In this document: one piece after another, positions 26,355 to 39,357 of the stretch | Position numbering within the stretch: position 1 is the stretch's first letter | Layout of the letters: the number at the start of each line of letters is the position of its first letter | Assembly: GCA_025201805.1 (NCBI GenBank) | Contig: MU619297.1 | Span: 114,197 to 178,196 of the forward strand | Source of the DNA: Parasitella parasitica NRRL 2501 | Taxonomy: Eukaryota; Fungi; Mucoromycota | Direction of reading: 5' to 3' | DNA length: 64,000 bases | The notes under the pieces: model-generated | The model's input: the letters and a program-made list of their open reading frames with translations, nothing else | What the model was told of the DNA's origin: nothing | The model's database searches: none | Program-made: the position numbers and the translations under genes

Positions 26355-27950
26355 TTAATAGACGTTACGCATACCTTTTAAGAGATCCACATCACTGCGA
26401 TCTGCTTTGTTGACTGAGCCTGATGATCCATCACTGTTTGTTTGCTTTAATCGCTTATTGGAATGAGATTCATCAATCGACTCATCTTCAAACACAAGTA
26501 GAGACGATGTTGAGCTTGTCCATAAAGAGTACATGGATTCAATAGACAATCCTTTAAATAAAGCTGGTGGGACATGTGTGGATGATGTATTTTGCTCGTC
26601 TGTTTCTTTTGCGCCATCGCCTCGAGGCGATAAAGGATGCGGAAGATTTCTGGCATCACTTGTGTCATTTGTGGTAGTGTTTTCCCATTCCAAGCTACTT
26701 GGTTCCTCCAAGCTTGGTGCCTCAAAACTACTAGACTGCTCAAGACTGGGGGGTTTGTCTGACCTTGTTCCTTCTTCTTCTATTGCTGCTGCTGCTGGTG
26801 GGCGATCTAAACTCCCAATAGGCTGATCAATAGGCTGATCAAGAGGTGAACCTGGCATGAATACTGACCAGTCTCCATCATCGATATCACCATTGAATAG
26901 GCGGGATAACGACATAGTGGGCAGTAATGCAGGCGGTAAATCACTTGATTTGTCTTGATCATCTGTGTCGGTAGGATTTTGATCTTTTACAATGTCATTG
27001 CTGCTATTTTCAATGACTACGATAGGTTCTTTTTCTTTCGCCATGGTGGCAGATGTTGTGGGTGTAAGCGTCCACTTAGCCTGATCTGAATCTTTCAAGG
27101 ACATGGAAATTGAGTTGGGTAATAGATGAAATCTTGGGCTTAGAACTAGTAAATGTAAAAGAGCTTCCTACAAAATAGCTAGGCATCAAATTACCAGAAT
27201 CGACATTTTATGCTGATTACATACCTTTTCAATTTGCTTGCTGTTTGTCTTTTTCAGCTCAGTCAATATATCTTTTGTCTCCAAATGTGTGCGATTATCA
27301 AAGAGTAAAATGATTGCAGCTTCCAATTCATGATCGACGCCAAGGTTATAATGGTCATTATCATTTGGCGTGATTATTTCTGAATCTGTGCCTTCATCTA
27401 CTCGTTGACTAGGATACCGAGGCTGAATAAAGTTGTCAGGCAAAATGAAGACAAAAATCGTATCATTGATTTCAATCAAGGAGCCAGTTTTCAGCACTGT
27501 CGGTTTATCTCGAAGCTTCTTTTCTATGTGGTTAATTTTAACGCCATTTCTTCCATAAACGTAGAGCTCCCATCGCTCCCTTCTTGCACTGAATCTTATC
27601 TCGCAATGTCTCCTAGAAACAAGATTGGAACCTTCAAAATCCACATGCACAGTTTGATCCTTGCGCGTGCGCTTTTGCCCAGAATTCACAGTGCCTGACC
27701 TACCCAACACTATGCGAGGCTCGCTTATGTAACAGGTCCAGTCAGAACCCGCTAATCGAGGATAGAGATGAGCCGTATTTAATGGAACTGAAGGTGTGTT
27801 TACTTTGACAGTATGTGCCGATTCTGTAAGCAGATGGAATCCTTTTGATAGTTCAGAATCATTAAACTTATTTTTATATAAAATGTTAGCTTTTTGCATG
27901 AATATGATATAATAATATTGTCGTACTGATTGATTACTCGTCTTTGACAT
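26355..27950 (-). CDS. FHA-domain nuclear protein (Fkh/Fhl1/Tos4-like FHA) with acidic, Ser-rich disordered C-terminus; 3 exons
   Basis: FHA motifs IVLGRSG, VSRRHCEIRF and GRNGVKIN. Introns at about 27872-27934 and 27168-27223 join the two ORFs. Confidence 0.8.
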
Positions 27951-28053
27951 TATCTAAAGAAATGAATAAAAAAAAAGAAAAGAAGTTTGAAATCAAAGAA
28001 GGTGTAAGTAGCAGTTTTATTGGTGGAGTTTATTTCTTTTAGGTATTATTCGG

Positions 28054-29122
28054 TTATGCTTTCAAAGGGTTTTCTGCTGCAACTGGAAGGCCAAATTCAT
28101 CCAATTCAACATTTTGCTGCTATAAAATGTGTCAACCAATTTGATTCTCTCTCTTTTTCTTTTTTTTTGCCGCGCAAAATCGAAAATGTACTTACCAGTT
28201 TAGGGTCTGTTTCGGCTGTCTTGGGAAGTTCAAGTTCGTCTTCTTGCAAATATGAAGGTGTTTCCTCTTCCTCAAAGTCCAAGTCATCGCCAAGCGCATC
28301 CAATTCTTCAGCGGTTATACACGTCAGTATTTTAGTCGATGTCTCCATTTTATTTGCATAAACTAACCTGCTTCAAGGTCATCCTCGTCAATATCATCAG
28401 GCAAGTTGTATGATCTGCCTAGCGTCTCTTGGACTTCATTTGCCTGTTCCATCAAATCCTCCATTTCGTCTTGTAATTGCTGGATATATAAAATTGATTA
28501 AATATACATACAAAGAACGATATACAATAGAATTTACATCAATTTTGTCCAAGTTCACATTTTTATATTGTTTCTTCATTTCCTTATTGGCGGTTTGCAT
28601 AGCATCCATAGTAGCCATAACGTTACGTAAATTCTCTGTCGTCATTTGTGCTTGTTCCATGTTGAATGATTGCTGTTGCAAGTTATCACGCTGAGCCTCA
28701 TAGCTAAAATGCAGTTATGAGCAACCTCTCTTGACCATTTGCGCTTCCATCACTTACAGTTTTTTCTGCTTTAGAACTCGGATAGCCTTTTGTTGAACAG
28801 TTTTCTTTTACACGAATGCATTTTTAGACCTTCCAGAAATTTTTTAAAATGAATTGGTTATTTACCTTTGCTGGACCTTCTCGAATTTTCTTCAACTGAT
28901 CTCTATATCTCGTAAGTTCAGCGTCGAGTTTTCTTATTTTAACTTCGACTGCGTCCACTCGCACGTCGGTCTACGTAGAAAGAAAGAAAAAAAAACGCAC
29001 ACAGGCTCGTAAATTCCATGCACAAGCTGCACTGTATTCATCAAAAATTGGCTTACATTGGAAATGGCATCGTTTAAAGTTGGTTTTGGAATTTTCTTAC
29101 CAGAACCAAAGAGTCTATTCAT
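28054..29122 (-). CDS. VPS60: ESCRT-III Snf7-family protein Vps60/CHMP5, multi-exon
   Basis: [70 protein letters not shown], and C-terminal LDEFGLP. Confidence 0.95.
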
Positions 29123-30163
29123 TTTTAACTTGTTTTACCAAAAAATAAAGGCAAGGGGTGATTAGAAAGGGGAAAAGGTGTTTGCTTTAAACTGGTAAAT
29201 AGGCCAAGAAAAAAAGAGCTTCTTTTGTTAGCATCCATATGCTAAATACACCCCTTGGTAGCATTGAATTATGCACATGACACGGATAGTATAAAAAATC
29301 TACATTTAAGGAAGAATGAGCTGAAAAAATACAGTAAATGAACAGTGGTAGGGATAATGACACTGCAAGTCAGTGCTTGCCGTACATGCTTCTGGATCCG
29401 AGTTATAATCTATACATTATGGCTTGGCATTTGATCCACTACCAGCAGCCATAAGTGTAAACTACATTTGTAATATTATAGATACAATCTATATGGATCT
29501 TAGCTTTAGCATTATTTCGGATGCAGACAGTAGCGATCAATTTACCAACAGATCAGTCCTACAAGATGATACCGGTAGGATAAATGAAAGAGGTATATAC
29601 ATTTGTTTTATTGATTTTGTAAGGGCATTTAAGACCTCGCTTTTAAAATATAAAGGTTTTCTACTATTGTGTTTCTTCTAGGCGCTGCCTCATATCTTCA
29701 TCTTTTTGTATACAGTACATAGCTCCAAGCATTAGTAACAAGGAGCAAGAATCATAATCTTGTTACTGCTGGACTGTTTACTAACGACTTTATCCAAACA
29801 ACAGCTTCAAAGCAGTCTGATGCTAGTGGCTTATTGAAAACATTTTCCAACACATATAAAAAGCCTACAAAAGCAGGCAAATGTGTTGATTCTTTACATA
29901 TTTTAACACCTGCCTCTATCCTGTGGTCTTTCCTTATAGAAAAAACTGTGGATTGTGCCCTTTCGGGAAAGGTAGGATAGATATACGTGGTTATGTCTAT
30001 CTTGTAGAAATGAGAAATGCCTTTTCTTATTTCATCAAAAAGATTAACCTACAGTTTTTAATACAAACAAATTATTAAACAAAAAAGAAAAAACTGTTCC
30101 AAGAAAAAAAAAAAGGGTTCATTAGTTTCTTATATTTTTTTATTTTATGTTTATTTATACAAG

Positions 30164-32435
30164 TTAAGATAACCATTCGTTATAAGCTTTTAGCAGCGTA
30201 CGTTGGTTTGTTCCTCTGCCTCCCTGCACGTCTTTTTCCATGGCAAATATTGCATCCTGAACTGTCACTTTTCGCTCAGTTTTGTCTGCAATCAGAAGCG
30301 GTTTTTTTGATTTTTTCGAGTACCAGCCCTTTTCAGTAGGAAGACGTTGTGTCTGCTGGTCCAGATCATCTTCGTCTATAGGGTCAAGGTCTAGTTCAGA
30401 TTGCCTTGACACATGTTCAATGGCCTCGAGCTGTAATTTGACATTTTGCTTTACTTGTATCTTGAACAACGGATGGCCGTCTTGGGATAAGGGTGGCTTT
30501 TTAAACGGGTCAAATGTGCGATGCTTTGAGGCTGATACCATGGATTCCAATACAGTGCGGATTCTATCTTGAGTGGCTAACGCCATATAGGACACAAAAT
30601 CATTGTCGATTTTTCTGATATTTACACATTTGGCTATGATTGCAATATTTAAACACAATGCCCTTCCCTCATCGTTTTACTGAATAAAGCTTACCATATT
30701 TTAATAGCTTGGATGTTAATAATTCTGTATTCATGAAATCTTGCATTTTTGATCTATCTACACCATCTGGTAATATACCACCAGGTCCATCGCCATCCTT
30801 CATAAAATGTTCTGTTTCCTCCTTTAAATCTACACCAGCATATCCCATAACATCTGTTAAAGTATCATAATCAATCCTGTCGCCACCTCCACCACCAGTT
30901 GCAGCTGGTGTATTTGACGTTGCGTTTGCAACTCCATTGGGCACCGTAGGTTTACTAATAAAAATGGCTTGGATCTATATTTCATCGAGACGCCTGCTCA
31001 GAAAAAAAGAAGCCTTACCTTGAGGATTGTGGTGTATTAGCTCTAGAAGGTATCTGTAACCCAGGAGTGCCAGGCACAGCAGGTGTCTTAAATATGGGAG
31101 CAGCTGTAGCTTGAGTGACTCCAGTAATACTGAGAGTGGGATTTTGCGCATTTGCAGGTGATGAAATTACCGTTTGTTGTTGTGGCTGCGATGGAGAATA
31201 CTGCTGTTGTTGAAGCTGTTGTTGCTGCTGTTGCATCAATTGCATCTGATGTTGCTGCTGGAGTTGCATCTGTAATTGGTGTAACTGCTGCTGTTGCTGC
31301 AGTGTTTGAGGCTGATGAAATTGTTGCGGTAAAGCGTTAATTGGTATATGCTCGTTTTTCGCTCGTTTTAATTGAGGAGTGCTTTTTTTTTACCGAGAAA
31401 TAGGTGTTTAAGTTTCTGTGGCAAACCATCATCACTATGTCAACTTACATTATTCCAGGCATCGATCGCTGAGCATCCTCCTGTCTCAATTGTTGATTCG
31501 ATAATGTCCTTTTTCTATGCTCGTCATCGACATTGGAAGGTGAAGCAGATGGTTTTTTTTGAGAAGGTTTGTTTTTCAAATCTTCCAATTGTTGATATTG
31601 CTGCTGGCCTAATAGTGATTTAGCTTGTGATAAAAACTCTGCTGCAGACACTGAATTGGACTGTAACTGTCTAAACAATTGTATAAACTTTTCTTTTCTT
31701 TCTGGTGGTAATTGTGCTGTAATGTTATCTAGTAAGGTAGTAGAAGAAGCTTTTGTTATANNNNNNNNNNAAAAAAAAAAAAAAAAAAGAGCCTAGGTTA
31801 GCGCACTAAACTATTTGCAGTTTCAAGAAGAAAAAAGTGTATTTACGCTGCTGTTGTGAGCTCTGTGATGACGGACGAGATACTGGCTGTGTTTGCGACG
31901 GCTGTTGCTGTTGTTGTATGGGAGTATTCGATGTTTGAATGACTGGAGCATTGTTTGCTACTGTAATGGGAGTAGAAACTGCTGTTGCATTAGCAACAGG
32001 AGGAGATGGTGTGATGGATACATTCGATTGCTGGTGTGGAGACGATTGTAAAAATGATTGTGAAGCATCAGTTCTATCCCATATATTTGACATGTTTCCT
32101 TGGAGGATAGACGCGTCCGAGTTGGTACCTTGAACAGATAATAAATCGTCGGTTTCATTTGTATTAAACAAGTTCTGTAGTTCTGCAGGTAAATGCGCAT
32201 ACGAAGGCGTTATATGTTCTTGATTACTGTTATTGCTCAGTGTTTGTACAATCGACTGGAAAGAAGAATCGTTGACATCGTGGTTATTGCTAAGTATGTC
32301 ATTAATAGAGAAATTCAAATTTTGGTGACCTAATTGAGCCTGTTGTTGCTGTTGTTGTGATGAGGATGTTGGTAAAGGTGGTGTTTGTTGAGAGCTTGAA
32401 TCAGGCTCATTCGTTCCTTCACCGTCTATTGACAT
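30164..32435 (-). CDS. TAF4: TFIID subunit TAF4, multi-exon, spanning an assembly gap
   Basis: Histone-fold region TLTDVMGYAGVDLKEETE...YMALATQDRIRTVLESM and C-terminal RKVTVQDAIFAMEKD. Gln-rich disordered N-terminus. Central RST-like helical domain. Confidence 0.88.
31761..31770. other. Assembly gap (10 N) next to an A18 tract
   Basis: nnnnnnnnnn seen directly. It probably hides the splice acceptor of a TAF4 exon. Confidence 0.99.
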
Positions 32436-33829
32436 TGCTTTTATAAACAGAAAAGGCGATCGTTTTCGTTTTTTGTTTTATTTTATTTTTTTGTGCGTGC
32501 TAGATATAAGCTTGAGAAGAAGAAAATTTATTCGTGAAACCATTGTCAGATATGCGGTAATCCAACAGAATAGCCCACGTCACTTGGGTCAAGGCTGTTT
32601 GCATTCAATACAGGTATCACTATACATTAGAGACGCTATTATAGGGCATTGACACATTAAAACTTGGTATACCAAGACATTGCTTCAAGTACAAGGCATC
32701 TAATAGTTTTAATTGAAAGCTGTTCAAACTAACTTTAATTGTGAACCATTCAAATTATCCAGCTGAACTCCATAAATTGAACCGTTAGGTGATAACAGAG
32801 GAGACGGAGACATCTTGTGGTTCAAAAAAGAAAATTTTCTTCCTAAACTGTCCAAAATTCTATCATATTAAAAAGCTAGGATTGAAAAAAAAAATACATT
32901 AAGATACACTATAGTCTATACAATTTTTTTTTTGGTATACTGTGCTTCAGAAATATTTGGTATTGTAGAATAAATCCTTGAAAGGTCAAGGCAGGCTTCG
33001 ATTTTGAACAGAACATCGATTTAACTCCGCCAGTATAAATGGCTTCCATTTGATGAAATGGAGTGCGATTATCTTTCCAAAACTCCATATGAGGAATATC
33101 CCCAAATCTTCGATAATAAACAACACACCTTTTATTAGATCTAGATACAACTTTTGATCTTCTATTCAATGGTATACTTGGAAATAAAAATTTACGCCAA
33201 AAATTGTTGGCAATTTACCAAAATTTAAAAACTAGTAAACCTTTGAAAAGTTGAAAATTAGTATAAGGACCAGAAAAACACTTACTTTGGTGTCAAACCT
33301 GAATAAAAAACAATCATTTTTCACTATGCAAACCTTAAGAGAATATTTAGTTTTGAAGGAGTTAGAGCCGCTCAACTGATTTTTGATACTTTTCCCTTGC
33401 AAGTACAGGGCCCAAGGAGCCGGTTTCGATGAGATTTTCAACAAAAAAAAAAGTCGAGGAAATGCATCTACAAATATCTAGCTAGCTCTGCGGTTGAGCA
33501 AACACACATAGCTGGGGGGTTTTAAGCCCTAAAACGTCTGATTTTGCCTTTTTTTTTGGCTAGAAAATGGGTTGCGTTGTTAGTTGAGCATATTTACTCA
33601 TCATAGTCAATAAAATAACATTGCATGCATTTTTTATATTAATCCATTATGGCTCACATTTTGTAATAAAATTGCCAGTGTGGGTACACTGGCAGACTTA
33701 CCAGCTGATGAAAAACTCTTAGTCTAATGAACATCTTTATTAAGATAATCAATACATCATATACAGTTTTAATTCAAACATAGCATAAACGGGATAACCA
33801 AAAGACGATTCATTATTTCTTAATTGCTA

Positions 33830-34895
33830 TCATTGTTGTGGTCTGGCTGGTGATGACGATCTTGATCGTCGTCCAATTCTCTCAAAAACAGATAATTGTT
33901 GCACCTTTTTCTCCACCTTTGTTACACCTTCCTCATCTGAACTATTGTCTAAAGAATATGAACCTTTAGGATTTATGCTTGATATGCTAGAATGTCAACT
34001 CATAGAAACATACCACTGATACGATTTGCCTTCTTTGCAGCTTTCTTCTCAGCCCTTTTTTGTTGTTTCTTAATCTTATCTTCTGGTCTAACCACTACAA
34101 CTGGAACGGGTGAATGTTGCAAGCAATATTTTGATACACTGTTCATAAACATCCCCTTGAACTCTGACATTCCTCGAGTACCTACAATAAGTAGGGAAGG
34201 CTGATATACAGAAATCTACCATTTTTTGCGCTTTAGTTAATAGACAATAGCTGTACATAGAGTTGACTAAACATACCATATTCTGAATGGTTTCCTGGAC
34301 CTTTCCAATAACAAATTCAATTACTGCACTAATCTAAATCAGATAAACAGACTAGATATAAATAGCCCAATTTTGCTTACACGTTCATCAAATACTACCT
34401 TTAAGCTCTGATTTCCGGATGCCATAATCTTATTCATCACAGCAGAAGCTCTTTCTTTTGATTCCAATTCCTCGTGTCTCAACATGGATCTAAGATTGGG
34501 TCTATTTTCTATCATAAAAATGTATTAATGCTACATCTATTACGATGCTGTGCAAGTCGAATATCTTACCGCTCATATCTACCGTGAGGACACGAAGAAC
34601 AATAACTTCATCTCCATCATCAATAATATTCTATCAATAGGTTATATTATTAGTCATTCTCTCGTTAAGATACTCTGTATTATAATACATCAATAGCCCA
34701 CTCGAGAGCGTAATCACTATAGTTGGCGAGGTCTGTTGCAACAAGAAAAGTTCGGCTTCTTCGAGTCCGCTGATACCCTTGTGTTTTTCCTCGAAGTGTA
34801 AAAGAATAATCAGGCTGATCTTGATCAGTCATTGTATCAAAAGATACACCGCGAACATAGTTCTCGGGCTGTTGAAGTACTGGAATAGATGTCAT
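33830..34895 (-). CDS. Universal stress protein (USP/AANH-like) domain protein, multi-exon
   Basis: Exon 1 has VSFDTM...YSFTLRGKTQGYQRTRRSRTFLVATDLANYSDYALEWAID, a typical fungal USP lead-in. Later exons encode IVGTRG...GSVSKYCLQHSPVPVVVVRP-like sequence. Confidence 0.85.
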
Positions 34896-36035
34896 TTTTT
34901 TTAATTTTATCAAGATTTTGTCGAGATAAAAGCAAAAGAAGCGGTTGGTATTTTTTATTTTCCATCTATTCTCGGTCCATGCATTGTGTAACATCTGTTC
35001 AAGCCAAATCAGTCAACACATCATAAATGATGATGACCCTTATAATGAAACCTTTTCTTTGAAGCTAAAAAAAAACTAACACATGTTGCCATGGCAATCC
35101 TCACCATGAACAATCAAGGTAGACATTTTGACAGCTGGGTTCAAACCACCATGGCAATAAACTAGTTTTACTTCAGGAACACGAATCAAGCTAGTAGATT
35201 CTGATTTATTGTGGTGCATTTGTAATAATGTGCATTCTGCTTGCTAATTTCGTTGGACACATTTGTTTGTTTAACACTCATTTGCAAGATTATATACAGA
35301 TGCGTGTGAATTGAGGATTTTTTAGGTGGTCTATTTGCTAATCATCTAAATAATTTATAACGACCCAATTCAATACAGGTCGTTAACGAGAATGCGCCAG
35401 TTAAGCCAACATTCTGATTTTACGAACCAGGTAATTAAAAACAGTAATTTACTGAAGTATTGCAATTCATGATGCAAATAAACAGACTTTTTTTTAAATC
35501 TAAACATATTGTCGCCTTTCAGATATTTTATTCCCTCCAAAAAAAGCGAACAAACATAATTTTGCTCCTTAGAATAAGGGGAATTAATGTTAGTATTATT
35601 TTATAAAATGTAATACATCATTTAATTTGCCTGCTTTTTCAAATGTGCTATGACTTAGTATAATGAAAAAAATTAGATTACAAGCTTAATTCTTTTCTTC
35701 TGTGTACATGCATACAGAGCAAATTGTATATATTGTGTATTTTTAAAATCACCAAAATGAGGTTAATAATTGAATAGTGCAAAGTTCAATTAATATGACT
35801 ATTTTGAGCAACCTGTAGGTTGCACCTGGAACAATTGGATTCAAACAATCAAAACCTTAAACAAAGACACGCTAAAATGCACTTCTATGAGCCCTGACTT
35901 GAAGGTGTTGCTCTCGTACTACAAGTAGTTAATTGATGCAAATTTAGACTTCTATTTTAAATCAAATCCAACATTGAATTCATTTCTTTTTCCTCCTTTC
36001 TCTTTCTTTTTTTTTTTTTTTTTTTTTTAAAAAAT

Positions 36036-38933
36036 ATGTATCAATACAACACTCCACAAAGTGGAAATGGAAGTCCAATTCCATCAGCGAGAATGCCATC
36101 AAGACCAAGATTCAACAATGGGGAAGAATATTCCATGCAGCAAACATCATATAGTAGCAATGCTACTTCTAGCCCAAGCTTTAACCCAGTTACTGATAAC
36201 ACATTGGGTTATTATGAATCGTCAATTCCAGGCAGTAACATTATGCAACAACCCTTATTAGGAACACCTAATGGCAGTTCCATGTCTTCTTCCATCGTTG
36301 GCGGAGGATCAACACGATTTGCGTCTCCTCCTACAAACATGGTTGGTAGTGGGTCTGGGGATTTTGGGATTGCTCCAAGAAGACAGCAACGAAGATACAA
36401 AACAGGTATTTGTATACATATGTTTTATGACAAAGGGGTTTCCACAACGTGTTATTTACTAAGGTCACTTTTTGGTGTCTATTATACAGTAAGAAAGATC
36501 AAGTTGACTGGTGGTAACTTGATTTTAGAAAATCCCGTTCCTAATAAATACTTACAGCGAGTAAAGCGAAGAGATGAAACTGAATTTACACATATGAGGT
36601 ACACGAGTATTCATATGTCTGATCTGATCTGATCTGATCTGTATATCTAACCTGATATTGCTACGTATCTTACACATACAGGTACATTGCAGCTACTTGT
36701 GATCCAGCAGACTTTCAAAGGGACGGCTACAAACTTAGACAAAATCTGATGGGAAGAGAGACTGAATTATTTATTGTATTGACCATGTATAACGCAGGTA
36801 TCGAGCATCTGATGAAAATATATAAAATACTAACAGATCTACAAACAGGAAGATGAGGTGCTGTTTTGTAGAACTATGAACGGCGTCATGAAAAATATAT
36901 CTCATCTCTGTTCTCGCAACAGATCAAACACATGGGGACCTGAAGGGTGGAAGAAAGTAGTCGTCTGTATTGTATCTGACGGGCGCACAAAGATCCATCC
37001 ACGAACGCTATCAGTGCTTGCAGCCATGGGTGTTTATCAAGATGGTTTAGCCAAGAATGTTGTGGAAGACAAGGCGGTTACTGCACACATTTACGAGGTA
37101 TTATTACATTATAGATTTAATTGATTTTGCAACGTTGCACTAAACAATTACGATGTCCATGTACAGCATACAACACAAATATCTGTTGACTCGGACATGA
37201 ATTTCAGAGGATCAGAAAAGGGGATTGTGCCAGTGCAAATACTGTTTTGTCTCAAGGAAAAAAATCAAAAAAAGATCAATTCGCACCGTTGGTTTTTTCA
37301 AGCATTTGGCCCTCTTTTGCGGCCCAATGTATGCGTTTTGCTTGATGTGGGTACTAAACCAGGGGCAAGATCCATTTATAACCTTTGGAAATCGTTTGAT
37401 ATCAATCGCAATGTGGCTGGCGCTTGTGGTGAAATTAAAGCCATGTTGGGCACTGCCGGTGTACAGCTGTTAAATCCTTTAGTTGCCTCCCAGAATTTTG
37501 AATACAAGATGTCCAATATTCTCGATAAGCCGCTCGAGTCTGTGTTTGGCCATATTTCAGTGTTGCCTGGCGCCTTCTCCGCTTACCGGTACAGTGCCCT
37601 CCAGAATGACATGCACGGCCATGGGCCTCTAGAGAAATACTTTTTGGGAGAGAAAATGCATGGGAGTGATGCTGACATCTTCACTGCCAACATGTACCTA
37701 GCAGAGGATCGTATTTTGTGTTACGAACTAGTGGCCAAGAAGAATGCTGCCTGGGTGCTCCATTATTGCTCAAATGCGTCAGGCGAAACGGACGTGCCTG
37801 ATAACGTACCTGAATTCATCTCTCAGCGTCGCCGTTGGCTCAATGGTTCATTCTTCGCTGGTCTATACTCGATGGTTCATTGGCGAAAAGTCTGGAGCTC
37901 TGATCACAATATTTTCCGCAAATTGATCTTTATGTTTAACGATTTGTATCAACTGTACAATCTCGTATTTTCTTGGTTTGCCATAGGCAATTTCTATTTA
38001 GTATTCTATATCATGACTACCTCGATCACGCGTGTTCCAGATCCTCCTTTTAGTGAGAACATCGGTACCATTGTTCATACGGTGCTCAATTATATCTATG
38101 TCCTGCTGCTGATTCTACAGTTTATCATTGCTATGGGTAACCGTCCCCAAGGTTTTAAATGGGCTTATACCATGATCATTGTCTTTTTTGCTCTGCTCAT
38201 GGGCTATGTCATGTTTTGCACTATCTGGATCACCGTCCGAGGCGTACAAGGAGCATTTGAAGTAGCAGCATCTGAATCTGGCGAAGGACTCAACGAGCAG
38301 ATTTTGGCACTAATCAAGCAGGGCACCTTCCGAAATGTCATCATCTCAGTATGTTCCACCTACCTCATGTACTTTGTTGCCAGTTTCTTGTTCTTAGACC
38401 CATGGCACATGTTTACCAGTCTTTTGCAATACATTTTCATGTCGCCTAGTTATATCAATGTGCTTAACATCTATGCATTTTGTAACACGCATGATGTATC
38501 TTGGGGAACTAAAGGCGATAACGGTGTTTCGACTGACTTGGGTGTTGTGAAAGGCAAAAAGACCAAAGATGGAGAACATGAAGTTGAAGTTGCTGTGCCC
38601 AGTGAGCAAAAGGATCTGAATGAGCTTTATGATGAAGCTTGCCTTGATCTGAAAGCACCCGCAATACCTGAAGCGAAGAAACGAGATGCTAAAACAAAAC
38701 AAGAAGATTACTATCGTTCGTTTAGAACTAAACTTGTTACTGTGTGGATCTTTACAAACATGGTTCTTGTTACCATTATTACCAATGGTCAAGAGGTCTT
38801 CAGCTGGTTTGGAAATTACAATGATAGAGCAACTGCTTATTTGGGCTTTATACTTTGGTCTGTTGCTGGTTTGTCAGCCATACGATTCTTAGGCGCCTGT
38901 CTCTATTTGATTTTCAAGATTTTTACTGGTTAG
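36036..38933 (+). CDS. CHS: Chitin synthase (division 1, class I/II type), 5 exons
   Basis: Motifs TMYN|[55 protein letters not shown] and HDVSWGTKG. Introns 36406-36489, 36599-36681, 36794-36848 (GC-AG) and ~37098-37166. Confidence 0.97.
36618..36641 (+). repeat. (GATCT)n pentanucleotide microsatellite in chitin synthase intron 2
   Basis: tctgatctgatctgatctgatctg read directly. Confidence 0.9.
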
Positions 38934-39357
38934 AGATGTCCTTTTTCTCATTATTATTGTACAGTAAAGCACGATTTATTCATGCATTTTATTTATAAAG
39001 ATTTAACATTAAAATCTGTTGGCTGCACACTGCTGTATTCCTAACTATGGTATAAAAGCGATACACTCGTGTCATGTTTTTATTTTTCTGAAAGAAAAAC
39101 AGTTCAAGCCAAAACATTCAAGTAAGCATTCAACCCAGATTGACCTTGTATAGGGCCATAGGTCCAAGTTGTATTAATATACAAGCTTAATCACAATGTG
39201 TCTGCTCATCTAACCAGTACAGTATGGCACGGTATCCTTGGTGGTTGCTTCAATCGTGACTATACAGTGACCATCTTTACCCTAACCTTTGAAAGAAAAA
39301 CCTTTTCGGATTGCATTTCAAGAGTTTCCTTTTCTTAGCTATAAATATTCATATATA

